From Octopus vulgaris (lineage: Eukaryota), in the NCBI GenBank assembly GCA_951406725.2, contig OX597815.1, forward strand, positions 72,912,001 through 72,976,000: a DNA stretch of 64,000 nt, read 5' to 3'. The notes under the pieces were generated by a model. The model was not told the DNA's origin and did not search any database. It saw only the letters and a list, made by a program, of their open reading frames with translations. Below, piece by piece: positions 25,976 to 40,000 of the stretch. Within the stretch, counting starts at the first letter, position 1; each line of letters begins with the position of its first letter. A program made the translations under genes and the position numbers.

Positions 25976-26056
<81 letters not shown>

Positions 26057-26112
26057 TCTATACTTCCTTCAAAAGAAAAAAATTATTGCCTAAGTACCAC
26101 CAGCTCTATATT

Positions 26113-26225
26113 AACCCTGAAGAAGTCCTACCACCATATAGTTTGAATGTGGTAACTTAGCATTAAACCAAATGCTTCGAAATTCCCATCAACTAGATGA
26201 CGGGACTGAAACATATATGTGGGTT
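26113..26225 (+). ncRNA. Type I hammerhead motif with long stem II and a mutated (GUG) cleavage triplet
   Basis: aacc-CTGAAGA-agtcc...[84 nt]...ggact-GAAAC-atatat-GTG-ggtt. Lies between two (TA)n tracts. Confidence 0.6.
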
Positions 26226-26381
26226 CCCTTTATTTTATTTTGATTTAATTTATTTTTTGAGCTTTCAACTTGTAATCAATTTATTTGTACTGCTATGTTT
26301 TTAAGAAAATGATATCTTTTTGTAACACATAAATTATCAATTACATCCATTTCTTCCCAATTTTCTTCTTGTTTCCACCCA

Positions 26382-26714
<333 letters not shown>

Positions 26715-27169
26715 CACTAAATCCTTTTGGCTGTTTAGTACTTCAGTTCTTAACCCTATCTTTTGTGTCACTACACCACCTCAAGCATTTGGGCTTGTTT
26801 CTCTTTGATTAAGCCCAAATAGGAAAACGTGACGTTTATGGCTCTCTCTCAAACCGTACTCGTAGAATTAAAGACTACCTAATTTGCTTTCTTTAAACCT
26901 TAAACGCGAAATGTCGCATTGGCTGTATATTTGATAACGCAGTTCCACACGCAATCCATCGTCCTGGTTCTTGGGTCTAGTTCTTGGGTACGTTTAGCGG
27001 AATCATCTCTGTCGCAAGCATTCAGGTCAGGTATCTGGTCGGGTGATATCTTTCCTTACCGCTCTCGTTGGAGATGCTTCAAAAAATCACAGGTTCTAAG
27101 CCATTAGAAAAAAAAAGGAGAAAAAATAAAAGAAAATATTCTCGATGAGAAGACGTAGACTGAAACACG

Positions 27170-27741
27170 CTTGTTCCTCCGTTACTTGGTAACGCTTACG
27201 TGTGATTAGTTGAAGGGGATGGGCATGGCAGAAGAGACACTAGGGAAGAGAGATGAGGAGGGAGGGGGAGATGGGGAGGGAGAGAAAGGAGGTGAAGGTA
27301 AGGAAAGGAGGTGGAGGAGGGTTGAGTGAAATGTGTATTTTTTAAAAAGTTTTTTCCTCCGCTACTGAGCTCGTCTCTAACGCTTTGGCGTGTTTAGTTG
27401 AAGGGAAAGGCGAAGAGCGACAGAAAAAGAAGAGAGAAATAGAGGGAGAAAGAAAAAGGAGAGAGAAAAGAGGGTAAGGCGAAGAGTGAGAGAGGAAGAG
27501 GGAGAGTACTGCGTATTATGTCTATAAAATCGTGCATAAAATATATAAAGTGTATATATGAAGTGCATTAACTAATCATCGCATCTCAATTGCCTTCACT
27601 TTTCAATGAGTAGCAGATGAACGACTATCTTTTGATACAGACACAGCACAGGCTACGCTTTCAGGTTTTTTGGATAAAGTTTTCAGAAATAGCCCGATAA
27701 GTTTCCCATTAATTCCATGAAATATTCATGGGTCCCGCTAG
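27170..27741 (+). mobile_element. Non-autonomous Helitron 3' portion (copy 1)
   Basis: Subterminal hairpin ccatgaa-ata-ttcatgg, then gtcccgCTAG|t. Colinear with copy 2 at ~30050-30575. Confidence 0.75.
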
Positions 27742-28399
27742 TAGTTATAAATTTTTTGAATATCACTTCATTACTTTGCATACATCAACAGATTTTTAAA
27801 CAATATTTTTTCTTATTTCATTTTAATTATAAAACAAAACTTTTACTCTAACACTGTACTTTTACTGTAAATAATCTTTCCTCCCAACTTTTTTCTTTCG
27901 CAGTAATATTTCTTTTTTAGTAATAAATTTTTTAACGTTTTTTTCTAATTATCTTAATCACTATGTTATAATTTCCAGACCTATCAATTCACTTTACTTG
28001 GCTAAATTTTGACACATGTGTAAATCTTTTCAACGTTTTTCTTTACACCATTTTGTTTTGTCTCTTCACCCACACTTGTCCTTCAAACTTAATGTAATAT
28101 AGTGTTTGTTTTCAACCTATTTTCCTACAAAACACCACACTGTTCAACCTCATATGATGTTTTATTTAGTTTCTTCCAGGTTTGTTGATATTTTGTCTAT
28201 TAATTCTTTAAAGTGTTATGTTTGTGAAGTCTTCGGTGATTCTCTTCTTTCCCTTCTGTTCGCCGAAGATTGAAGAAAGACAGAGGAAAAAAAATTCGAT
28301 GACATTCACAGTCACTACTTTTCCTTTAAAGTCTCAAAAGATCACCTCGGGTCCTATATGCGAAGCTGAGCACATATTACATGCTTTAATACACAAAAG

Positions 28400-28900
28400 A
28401 CGTATTTTTCCTGAATATGAATGCGTCAAATACGTCATTTACAAATAAATGCATGAAATTTTGAAAGAATATAAAGGACATAATGGAAATTAATATGCAT
28501 AAGTCAATTCTTTCAACACCACTACATCACATGAAAAACGATATCGCTTAGATGGCAACCATTTTTGGCTTCGCACGCCCGTGCTCTTTCCAAAACTTGC
28601 ACCATAATACCCTCAAGAGTTTCAGACCCCACTTTTCTGATTTCTGTATTGATGTCCTCCTTCAATTGCACAAAGGTCTCCGGTTTGTTTACGTATAACC
28701 TCTCTTCCAAGTATCCCCACAAGAAAAAATACGGGCTAGTCAAGTCTGGAGAACGTGAAGGTCATTCGAAGTAGACCTCACACATGGTTTCAGCAAGATG
28801 AAGCAACTGCTCATACCACAAGAGAAACAATGCAGTTGCTACGGCAATGTCAACTGGCCTTCACGTTCCCCAGACTTGACTAACCCGGATATTTTCTTGT
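28400..28900 (-). mobile_element. Tc1/mariner-superfamily transposase C-terminal remnant with an inverted duplicated piece
   Basis: PSRSPDLTSPYFFLWGYLEERLYVNKPET...ARACEAKNGCHL (ORF 28522-28743). The PSRSPDLT segment is repeated inverted at ~28850-28900. Confidence 0.75.
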
Positions 28901-29472
28901 TCAGTGCAAGAGTTGGTTACTATTTGCAAATGCTACGAAACTACACCATCTGTCATTTCGAGAAGAGGTTGGTTTATCAAAGCGCAGAGAGAGAGGGGGG
29001 AGGGAGGGGGCGGGAAAGACAGACAAATTTGAAATGATCTAAATCAGTTACGTAATTCGCTTCAGTTATTTATAAACCTATGCAGCGGCGGGTGGTTGCT
29101 GTTCGTAATTAGTTGTTAATTAGTAATTATGAATAAACCAGAAATCATTCACATGAGAAATATTTCAATTTATTATTATATCTTCAACTAAAGTGAATTT
29201 CCTTTCACAAACTTGAATAACGCGAAAGCTTTTGTATGGCCGCTCGATCTGTTAACAAGAACAGCCAAAATCTCCCGTAAACCATACCCTACAATCTTAA
29301 AAAATGGAACGGTATATTGGATGATGTAGTCCTAGATAACCGTTGACTGATCAGGATGTGATTGATCACCATTTACCAGGAGATAAGACAACAATAGTAC
29401 AGACCGAATAAACATCTAAAATAACTAAATTGGAGTATTTCCTTCAGATCTATCGCTCTTGTATACACATAG

Positions 29473-29975
<503 letters not shown>

Positions 29976-30049
29976 ACGATAAAAAATAAACACACATCCT
30001 GGACCGCATCCGGAAAAGAGCCACTCAACCGATCTGATGATAATTTTGC

Positions 30050-30575
30050 TTGCCACTCCGTTACTTAGCCCGTCCGTAACGCTTCCACATGATTGGTTGA
30101 AGGAGGATTGTGATGGGGAGAGATGCGAGCGAAGTAGAGGGGAAATAGGAAGGCATGGGAAGGGTAGAGAGATGGGGAGGGAGAGTTGGTGGTGAGTGAA
30201 ATGTCTAATTTTTTAACTAAGTTTTTTCTTCCGTTACTTAGCCCATCTATAACAGTTTCACGTGATTAGTTGAAAGGAAAGGCAAAGAGCGAAAGAAAAA
30301 GGAGAGAGAAAAAGAGGCTAAGGATAAGAGTGAGAGAGAGTGCTTTGTATTAAGTCAATAAAACTGTGCATAAAGTATGTAAGGTGTATATATAAAGTGC
30401 ATTAAGTAATCATCGTATTCCAATTTCCTTCACTTTTCAATGATTAGCAGACGAGGAACTATTTTTGGATACAGATACAACACAGACTACGCTTTCAAGT
30501 ATTTTCGATAAAGTTTTCAGAAATAGCCCAGTACGTTTACCATTAATTCCGTGAAATATTCACGGGTTCCGCTAG
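30050..30575 (+). mobile_element. Non-autonomous Helitron 3' portion (copy 2)
   Basis: Hairpin ccgtgaa-ata-ttcacgg (30549-30565), then gttccgCTAG|t. The A-T/G-C stem change relative to copy 1 is compensatory. Confidence 0.75.
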
Positions 30576-30971
30576 TTAGCATGCTAGCATAAAGTTAATC
30601 GCAGATACTCTTCAGCCTCTGATACATGAGCGCGCTGTCTCTTCTCTTTGTCTCTTCTATCGCTACTATAATGGCTTCTAGTCGTTGGAGCTGATTGCGC
30701 TCATGCCATCCCTACTCAAGTATTGCCGTCCCATCATACTTTTTTCTTGTCTCATCTCTCTTGTTTCAGTCATTTGACTGCGGCTATGCTGGAGCCCCCC
30801 CCCCCCACCCAAAGGGATTTTAGTCGAAGAAATCGACCCCAGGACTTATTCTTTGTAAGCCTAGTACTTATTCTATCGGTCTCTTTTGCCAAACTGCTAG
30901 AATAACAGGGACGTAAACACACCAAAATCGGTTGTCAAGCGATGATGGGGCAAACAAAAATGCACACAGAT

Positions 30972-31022
<51 letters not shown>

Positions 31023-31152
31023 CACACACACACACATCCGAGTTTCTATGATTGTATAGAACAATATACTAATGAGTGAAATTCCAACTTAGTCTGATTT
31101 TCCCGTTTCATTATTTGCAATTTTTACAATTTTACAGTTTCACAATATTGAA

Positions 31153-31194
31153 ATAAACTAGTGCTTTCATGCGTTACGCATTCATCAGGTTTAT
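31153..31194 (-). ncRNA. Minimal type I hammerhead ribozyme, canonical core
   Basis: Minus strand: ataaac-CTGATGA-atgcg taa cgcat-GAAA-gca-CTA-gtttat. Perfect 6-bp stem I and 5-bp stem II. Confidence 0.8.
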
Positions 31195-31599
31195 GTAGGT
31201 GCAGTCGTGTTCCACAGTTGACAGTCAGTTGTGGAACACGACTGCTCCTACATAAACCTGATTAATGCGTTCATCAGGTAAGTACTAGTGTATTTCAATA
31301 TTGTAAAACTGTAAAATTGTAAAGATTGCAAAATAATAAAACGTGATATACAACAGGCTTCTTTCAGTTTCCGTCCACAAATTCACTCACAAGACTTTGG
31401 TCGGCCCGAAGCCATAGTGAAAGACATTTGCCCAAGGTGCCGCTCAGTGGGACTGAACCTGGAACCATGTGGTTGGGAAGCAAGCTCCTTACCACATAGC
31501 CATGACTGCGCCTGGTGGATTCTCAGCAATCCTTCCAAAGACCTGTTAACAAACCCGAGCAAAACCACAGCAGCCTTGTTTTCCAGAGCAAGTCATTGC

Positions 31600-32850
31600 A
31601 AGTGGTAAACCTTCGGACAAGTTAAAGGAAGACGTAATATGCTCCATTTTTAGAGGCAAAAGTAGAGCAGATGCTAAAAATTATAGGCCTATCTCTCTGA
31701 CCTCACCTATCAGAAAAGTCGTGGAATGAATTATCAGAAGGTATCTAGTCACGTTCTTTGAAGATAATTACTAACTGATACCCAACATAGTTTTCGATCG
31801 GGAAGAAGCTGCCTGACACAGCTCCTACAACACTACGACTGGGTGTTAAAACAGGTGCTCAGTTACTCAAATATGAATGTGATCAATCACGACTTTGCGA
31901 AAGTCTTTCATAAAAATCGATCATGAAATGAAATGTCGCAAATTGCATGATCTCGGAATGGCTGCATGTTGTTTTAAAAGACTGAAGTCAAGCATTAGAA
32001 CCCAATGAAACTGCCTCCCAGGGAACAATTTTAGCATATGGAGAGTGGAGTTCCACAAGAACCCTAGAGATGATACGCACTGCAATATGATTTAAATGCT
32101 AAATATAAACTGCTCAAAGTTAAATGAAATGCAGACAAAAAACACTGGACTCGGAAGAATTGCAGTACCAGAGACTCAATCAGTGTGTGACCCAGGCACT
32201 GACATGAGTAATGATGATTCTTTTCATGTGCATATTACTAAGATTGTATTAAAATTAGTGAGGTGACCGGATGGATTCTAAGAACTTTCAGAACAAGAGT
32301 GTAGGAAACCACGCTGGTCTTGTGAAGGACAATTTTCCTCCGCCGCCTAGAATATTACTCCAAATTATGATCATCATTTAGTATAAAATTAACAGCCGAA
32401 CGTGAAGAACTTCAACGCTACTACACGAAGAAAATTGCCTCGTTACAAGATTTCGACAATTCGGAAAGGCTAAAAAAATTACGATTCTACTCCTTTGACT
32501 GAAGACAGGAAAAATATCTCTGAAAAACCTGGAAGGATTTGCATCAAACTTTGGCATAGAAAGCTATACTTATCTCCGAATAGGTAGCCACTGCGTAGTG
32601 TCGAAGATCTCATCTTTGTCATCTAGATTTTGGATCAGATACTGCAATAGCTTAAGGTCCAAAGGCCTGCAGATTTTCAATATCCTTTAGACACATGCAT
32701 GGTGCAGATGTAGATATCTCTAAAACGTAGTTGAGCCTTCTGTTGTCTAGAATTCCAAATAAGTCTACTTAGCAACAAGAAAAACAACCGAAGGCAGCAA
32801 CTTAGAACTACCTCATTCACGAAACTCTAACTGAAGGCGGAAGATCACAA
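31600..32850 (+). mobile_element. CR1/L2-type LINE RT remnant
   Basis: KSRADAKNYRPISLTS..KVVE, FRSGRSCLTQLLQHYD, DFAKVF. Heavily decayed. Confidence 0.8.
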
Positions 32851-34031
32851 GATGTGTAGCAACACCAAATGCTGTGGTACCCGAGCATGACCACTGCTTA
32901 CGGACTGAAACAAGTTAAACATAAAACGCGCGCACGCACACACACACAAGCACATACACACACATGTACACATGCACAAACATACACAAACACACACATA
33001 CAAACACATACACACATACATAAATTTACTCAAACACACACACACAAGCTTACACATACACACACATAAGCTTATACATACACACACAAACACAAGCATA
33101 CACACACAAACACATGTACACACACATTCACACACACATTCACATGTGCGCACGCGTGTTTTATGTAACAAACAGGATTTAAAAAATATACTAATCAAGC
33201 ACACATTTTACGTCTTACTACATGTACAAGTCTATACGCACAAACATCTGTGTACGGGTACATACATACATACGCACACACACACACACACACACATACA
33301 GACATGCATACGTATATACGTAGATATATATACACATACAAGCACATGCATACATACGCACGCACACACAAACAAAAATAAATATATATATACATGTATG
33401 TATGTCTGTATGTATGTATGTATGTATGTATGTATGTATGTATGTATGTATGTATGTATGTATATACACACATATACACACAGAGACACACACGTATATA
33501 TATATATATGTGTGTGTGTAAAAAGGCGGATAGTCGATTTGCACGTGCGTTTATTTATTAATTTTTTTTCTTGGTCAGCCACCTGCTATCAGTTCACTTT
33601 AGCTATCAGAGAGCGAGTTCCTCCCTCATACGTGCTGAATCGAATGGTGAAGTACCATCTTTCAGACTACTCGCCAAAGTTGAAGCTATAAAATTTGTGC
33701 AAGCTACGTATATGTGTATCAAGGAACGTGAAAACTAGCAAAAAAAAAAAGGACTTTTTAAAATTCATTTATTCTTTTACTTGTTTCAGTTCTTAGACTG
33801 TGGCCATGCTGGTGCACAGCTTTGAAGAATTTTTAGTCGAATGACTCGACCCCAGTACTTTTATTAAAAAAAAAACTGGTACTTGTTCTACCGTTTTTTT
33901 TTTTTTGCCGAGCCGTTGAGTTACGAGGACGTAAGCTCACGAACGCCGGTTGTTAAGCGGTAGTGGGACACACATACACACACACACATGCACGCGCGCA
34001 CACACACACACACACACGCACACGCACACAC

Positions 34032-34215
34032 AGTTCAAATTTATAGGAAAACAATGACGAAGATAAGTGTTGGAACAACAAGCAAGTGTATTAGTTTGAT
34101 TTGGGGAAAAATGGAAAAGTATTTTATGTTTCAAGCCTACGCTCTTCAACAGAAAGGAATAAGAGGAAATAAAGAGACAGAGAATAATAAAAAAAAACAT
34201 GTTGAGTTCAGTGGT
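34032..34215 (-). mobile_element. Solo Penelope terminal repeat (element-1 family) inside a family-B SINE
   Basis: Similar to 7930-8100 (gacgaaga..gtgtattagttt...gcctacgctcttc..agaaaggaa). Contains the CTGTTGA HHR-like motif at 34121-34156. Confidence 0.7.
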
Positions 34216-35474
34216 CCTGGGCTTCTATCAGTTTCTGTCTACCAAATCCACTCACAAGGCTTTAGTTGGCGCGAGGCTATAGTAGAAGACACTTGCCAAA
34301 GCTGCCAGGCAGGGAGACTGAACCCGGAACAACGTGGTTGGGAAGCAAGCTTCTTACCGCATAGCTACTGCTGCGCCTGTAGATGTCTACAACATTTTGT
34401 TTTTAACTTTTGGTCAACCCCAGGCCTCATAAGGCCGGTTACCTGGTTTCCATGATCTATAAATGACCGAGATTGTAATTCCTTTAAACTGGACACCGAC
34501 CCGTTGCAGGGTTCAAGGTAAGCATTTTTTGAAGAGAAGGAACAAGTCGTTTACATCGACCTCCCTACTTGACGGGTACTTTATTTTATCGAACCCCGTA
34601 TGGAGAAAGGCAAAGTTGACCCCTGGGATTTAAACTCAGAATGTAAAGAGCTTGAAGAAATGTCGCTAAGTATTTTGCCAGACGTATTAACGATTCTGCT
34701 AACTCCCCACCTTATACCTACAACTAGCCAAAGCTATCCCAGTTAATTTATTTAACAAGCTGTGAATCTTGTCATCGAGTCTAAATCCAAACAGATAATA
34801 AAGCAAATTCTAAGAGATTCCGTGCAGTCTAGCAAATATAGGATTCAAATTTTGGCACAGGCCCAGCAACTTCAGGGGAGGAGCAATGCCGTTTAAATTG
34901 ATCCCAGTGCTCAGCTGATACTTATTTCATCGACCACGAAACGATGAAATGCAAAAATCACTTCCAGCAGAATTTGAACCCAGAACGTAAAGATGGACGA
35001 AATATCGCTAAGCATTTCGTCTGGCGTGCTAACGATTCTGCCAGTTCGCCACCTTAGGTTTAGCAAATATACAACGTAACATTCTAATTTCTGCATTTTC
35101 CCGAAGCAAATGGAATATAGTTCGACGTTTATAGTATCTCTTAGTTACTTGGCGACTATACTGTAATGCCTTTGAAAGAAACTAAATCGTAACCCACCAC
35201 TTACGTGATATTTTGGAAATGTTTTGCCATCTTAAGATTAGGAGATGATGTTTGTTGACTAATGTTTCTCAAGGTGAGTTCACGACAAAAACAAAGACAG
35301 AGTTTATCACAGTTACAATTATTTCTGTATCAAATCTGTTTATAAGGCCAGTTAACGCAAAAATTCCGTGTGAAAAGTTACGTAATATTTGCGGGTTCAA
35401 ACATTAGAGTGATGCTTCGTCACACAAGTATCAAAGGTGCGCTCTTACACTGTACGTCTACAATAGGACTTTGC

Positions 35475-35521
<47 letters not shown>

Positions 35522-37437
35522 TTTTCGTGCTACTCCCAACGCCGTTAGCATTCTTAGGGAAACAGCAACACTTAAGACTTATTCCCATTTCTTTTTTTTT
35601 CTAATACATACTTAAATCTATATATGATTCGATCATGGGGAAAATGGAAGTTTAGGAAGCCTAAGCTGTTTGTCAAGTTATAGGCATCGTAAATGATGTA
35701 GAATGATTTCAACCGAGAATTGAAACCACCAAATCACGAACTCCCGACTTTTCTATAGCGTTGGGTACTTTAGCGCAATTAAGAGTTTAAAAGACAGCTA
35801 CTATATTACAAATTTTGAATAGATGAATAAATCGAATAAATCGATTACATTCCCATCTTCCCAATACTTATTTAATCGACTACCAGAAGGATAAAAAAAA
35901 AATTAAAGTCGGAATCAGTGGGATTTGAATTCCGAAAGTAAAGAAGTGTACTAAATAATTTTATTCAAATTTTTTTTTCCAGTTTCTGTTACCCATCTGT
36001 CCTTCGGGAAATAACTTTTTAATTTTGGTACAAAACAAGCAATTTTGAGGGTGCGGAAAAGCCGATTACATCAATCCCAGTGCTGAACTGATACTTATTT
36101 TATCGACCTTAAAAATGATGAAAGGCAAAGTCGAAACGGGGAGCATTTGAACTCAAAGCGTAAAGAGCCAGAAGAAAAGCTACTGGCGCGGTAACGATAC
36201 TACCAGCTCGCCACCGTTGTGCAATAAATAATATAAATGCATAAAGCTTCTTTTGATTAGATACAAGATGAATTTTTCGCAGAGTATTGATTCACTGAAT
36301 TGTATCAAACTCTGTTATTTTAGTGCTACGTATTTGATTGCTCCTGGAGGGATGAAAGACAAAGGTGATCCTAGCAGGGACGAACATACATCTGTATAAA
36401 TTTCTTCCCAAAACACACACATACCATCACCACCACCACCACCACTACCACCACCACCACCAACAACAACAACAATAGTAACAACACACAACAAAACTGG
36501 TCGCCCGAGAAGAAAGCCGCTATGAACACAAGGATTTCCTTGGATTAAAGGAACGAGCACAGCTGTTTACTCCCTTTACAAATGGCACGATAGAATGGTT
36601 TTTATCGTCAACCGAACCATTTCCATTATATGCTAGTACAATCCTGCAAATTGGTCGGAACACTTTCTAGTGTTCGACTATCATCACATATAAACCTCAA
36701 AGGACGTGTTAATACTAAAGCATTTATCACATGTCGCATTCGACATAAACCGAAATAAAACATCATGGAACATTCAGCATCTAAAGATAACAGCAAAACC
36801 ATTTTGCACTCAATCCAATTCTTTCCTTTATCGCACCACGTACGCACAAAAATACAATGTTACGGGGTTGTTGTTATCTTTTATTTTTATTTTTATAAGA
36901 TACATAACTCATTCGAAACATTTGCTTTTTTCTTTTCCACAAGAATTTTGTGTAACTTGCAATCCGAATGCTAAATTTATCGATTGAAACGCAGGAGTTT
37001 CCCTGAGGCTAAACCTTTCAATGACAAAGGTTACTAATTCATTCCTTGTCGGATCCATTCACTCAAATACTTAACTTCAAATTTTGTCAACTGTGAACCT
37101 CCGAAACTCTCACTCATATGTTCAGCCTCATAGTCAGTTAAACTGAAGTCGCAATCAATCATTCAATCACTCAATCACTTAATTACCCTCAAATTTTGCC
37201 GACTCAGGTCAACAACAACTTTCAATTTATAAACAACCATTGAAAGTACTTTTCCCCCTAATTCAGATCAACAGCCATCCACTCAAATATCTTAACAGTT
37301 TGCACATTCTCAACCACTCACTCACTCACTCACTCACTCACTCACTATTTCACTCACCCTCAGAGTCTTCACCTTCAGAACCACAACTATCTAATCACTC
37401 ACTCAAATTATTCAACCACATTATCTACAACATTGAA

Positions 37438-37673
37438 GTCATAACCAGTCACTCAGTCACTTGCTCACCCTCAAAAATTGCAAACTCATGGTCACTACTA
37501 CCCCTCTGGGGAGGCGCGTGGCTTTGTGGTTAGGGTGTGTGACTTATGATCGTAAGTCATAACCAGTCACTCAGTCACTTGCTCACCCTCAAAAATTGCA
37601 AACTCATGGTCACTACTACCCCTCTGGGGAGGCGCGTGGCTTTGTGGTTAGGGTGTGTGACTTATGATCGTAA
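37438..37673 (+). repeat. Perfect 118-bp tandem duplication spanning a SINE 5' junction
   Basis: gtcataaccagtcac...gacttatgatcgtaa at 37438-37555 and 37556-37673. Confidence 0.9.
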
Positions 37674-38687
37674 AATTGTGGTTTCGATTCCCAGACCGGG
37701 CAACACATTGTGTTCTTGAGCAAAACACTTCATTTCACGTTGCTCCAGTCCACTCAGCTGGCAAAAATGAGCAATCCTGCGGTGGATCTGCGTCCCGTCC
37801 AGGTCGGGAATATATACGTCATAGAAACCGAGAGACTGGCCCTTATGATTTGGTATGATCCGGGAAGGAATAACAACTATTTCTCCATTCAATCACAAAC
37901 TCCCAAAATTTACCAACACAGACCACAATTATTCACGACATTCTTATATATTCGTGTTGGGATGGAGATATAGGAATACGTAAAAACAATTAAAATGAGT
38001 AAAGAACCGCCACAAGACTAAGGAATTGCTAGACCGGAATTAATTCTGTTGCCCATGGTGTATACGTGAGAGAGAGAGAGAGAATGCTTGAGTCCCACCC
38101 TAAACCCTAAACGAGACGCCAGGCTGTGACCGGCTAAGTACCCATCTCCCACCCGCAATAACTGCTAGAACTAATTTTCAGCTGAATGAAATGAAGCAAT
38201 ACGAATTAAAGTGCTTCACCCAAGATCACGATGGGTCTTCTGGACAGGAAATCGAACCTGCAGTCTTATGATTATCGAGAGCACAGTTGGCTAACCACTG
38301 AGCTACGCGTTTTCCCAGAAGGAATTAAAAAAGAAGTTAAAACTTCGTAACGTAGGAGAATAGCGACAGATTAATGGGGGTGGGTGGGAACTCTGGGAAA
38401 TTGAATCAGGGTTTGAAATGAAAAGCAGTGTTGTTCTTGTTGTTGCTGTTTTAGTAGCAGATCGATCTTTATCATGCCAACATATGACTAAAAGTGTTCC
38501 AGCTGAGACTTTGTGGTCTTTGGTGTTTCTAAAACAGCATAAAAACACCCGCGTACTCTTTGTGTTTTAAGACGCTGGGTTGTATGTGATATGACGTAGA
38601 TCCGAGTACTCTTTCTAGTTGGCTTTCTAATTGGTTCGAGATGGATAGTTTATAACGATTTGTGTGGATCCTATGGAATGTGTGTGT

Positions 38688-38745
<58 letters not shown>

Positions 38746-38856
38746 GAGAGAGGGAGAGAGAGAGAGTGTTTGATATGTACACGCGAGAGCGAGAGAAGCA
38801 GAGTGAGAGAGAGAAGGTTAGAAAGATAGATCAATACAAATAACTATGTGTGTGTG

Positions 38857-38901
<45 letters not shown>

Positions 38902-39789
38902 CGTTCGTGTCTGCGTGCGTGCATGGGAACTAAGAAATTCCTGGTTTGATACCCAGATGTGCATTTCGCCTACCAGAGAGAGTTGGATACTAAACCGTGG
39001 CAAAGGAAACTAACCGAAGAGATGGCGAACTCCAGTAGAAAAACTGAGTTTGCGACAAACATAAGCATAAACTTTCAGCTATCAGCATTTTCAAAAAGTT
39101 TGGCTGGTCCAATACAAGCTTTCACCACTGAAAAAAAAAAAAATCTTCCGAGTAGGTAGTCTAACAGCTGGCTGTTGGACTGTCATACGTCGCAAACGAT
39201 AGGTGAGTCCATTATTATGTACAAAAGAACGGAGTAACCTTGAAGTCTAGTCTTCACTTTGCAAGCTTATGTGCTTGCCTATTCACATGTATGAGTTTTT
39301 GTGTGTAAACATGTCCAGCAAAGAATGTAATGCTCACACACAGTATGAAACCATCTTGAAATCTTCTTTTAGGTCTAGTTACGTAGAACATAACCGGATA
39401 TGTCATTTCTTTCGCCCGTTTTTTTATTACCATTTAAAAAAGATGAAGCATCTTTGTTCATTCAAGGAGATAACATTTTGAAAAAAATAAATACATAAAT
39501 AAAATCTTTCTTTGTACAGTTAAAGAAATCACTGTCTGGTAAGAATGTTTCTTTCGTCGATAACAAGGGTTATTTTCAGATTCTTTAAAAATATCTACCA
39601 ATGTTGTGCTTGGATACATTTCTTCCGTTCCTTTAACAGGATTTTCTCAATATAAGGAGCTAACTTATTTCTGTCTATAAAATAATCTTGAAATAATAAT
39701 TCGTCAAATGAACAACGAGAAACAAAACGATGACTTGTATATTCATTCTTAATACATTCCGGCAGATTTGAACGTGAATATGGCAATCG

Positions 39790-40000
39790 CTGCCCCTTAC
39801 ATGATCTGTGTAGCAGCCTCCTAAAGTACTTCCTCTCAAATACCTGGATTCTTCGCTCCATGTCAGCGGTAAGAATCCAGCTCTCTCATCTACACAGAAG
39901 AATCGAAGTCACTATAGTCTTGTACACTCTAAGTCTCTTTGGAAAACTAATGGAATTGCTTTTCCATATGGTGTTCAGTTTCGTTATGGCAGCTCACCCT
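39790..40000 (-). mobile_element. RTE LINE fragment
   Basis: ESWILTADMERRIQVFERKYFRRLL (RTE post-RT motif). Confidence 0.65.

Noticed and set aside
37020-37440. Repeated cact/tcactca/ccctcaaa units resembling an array
   Set aside because: A degenerate (CACT)n-derived low-complexity region with no constant repeat-spacer structure; not CRISPR.
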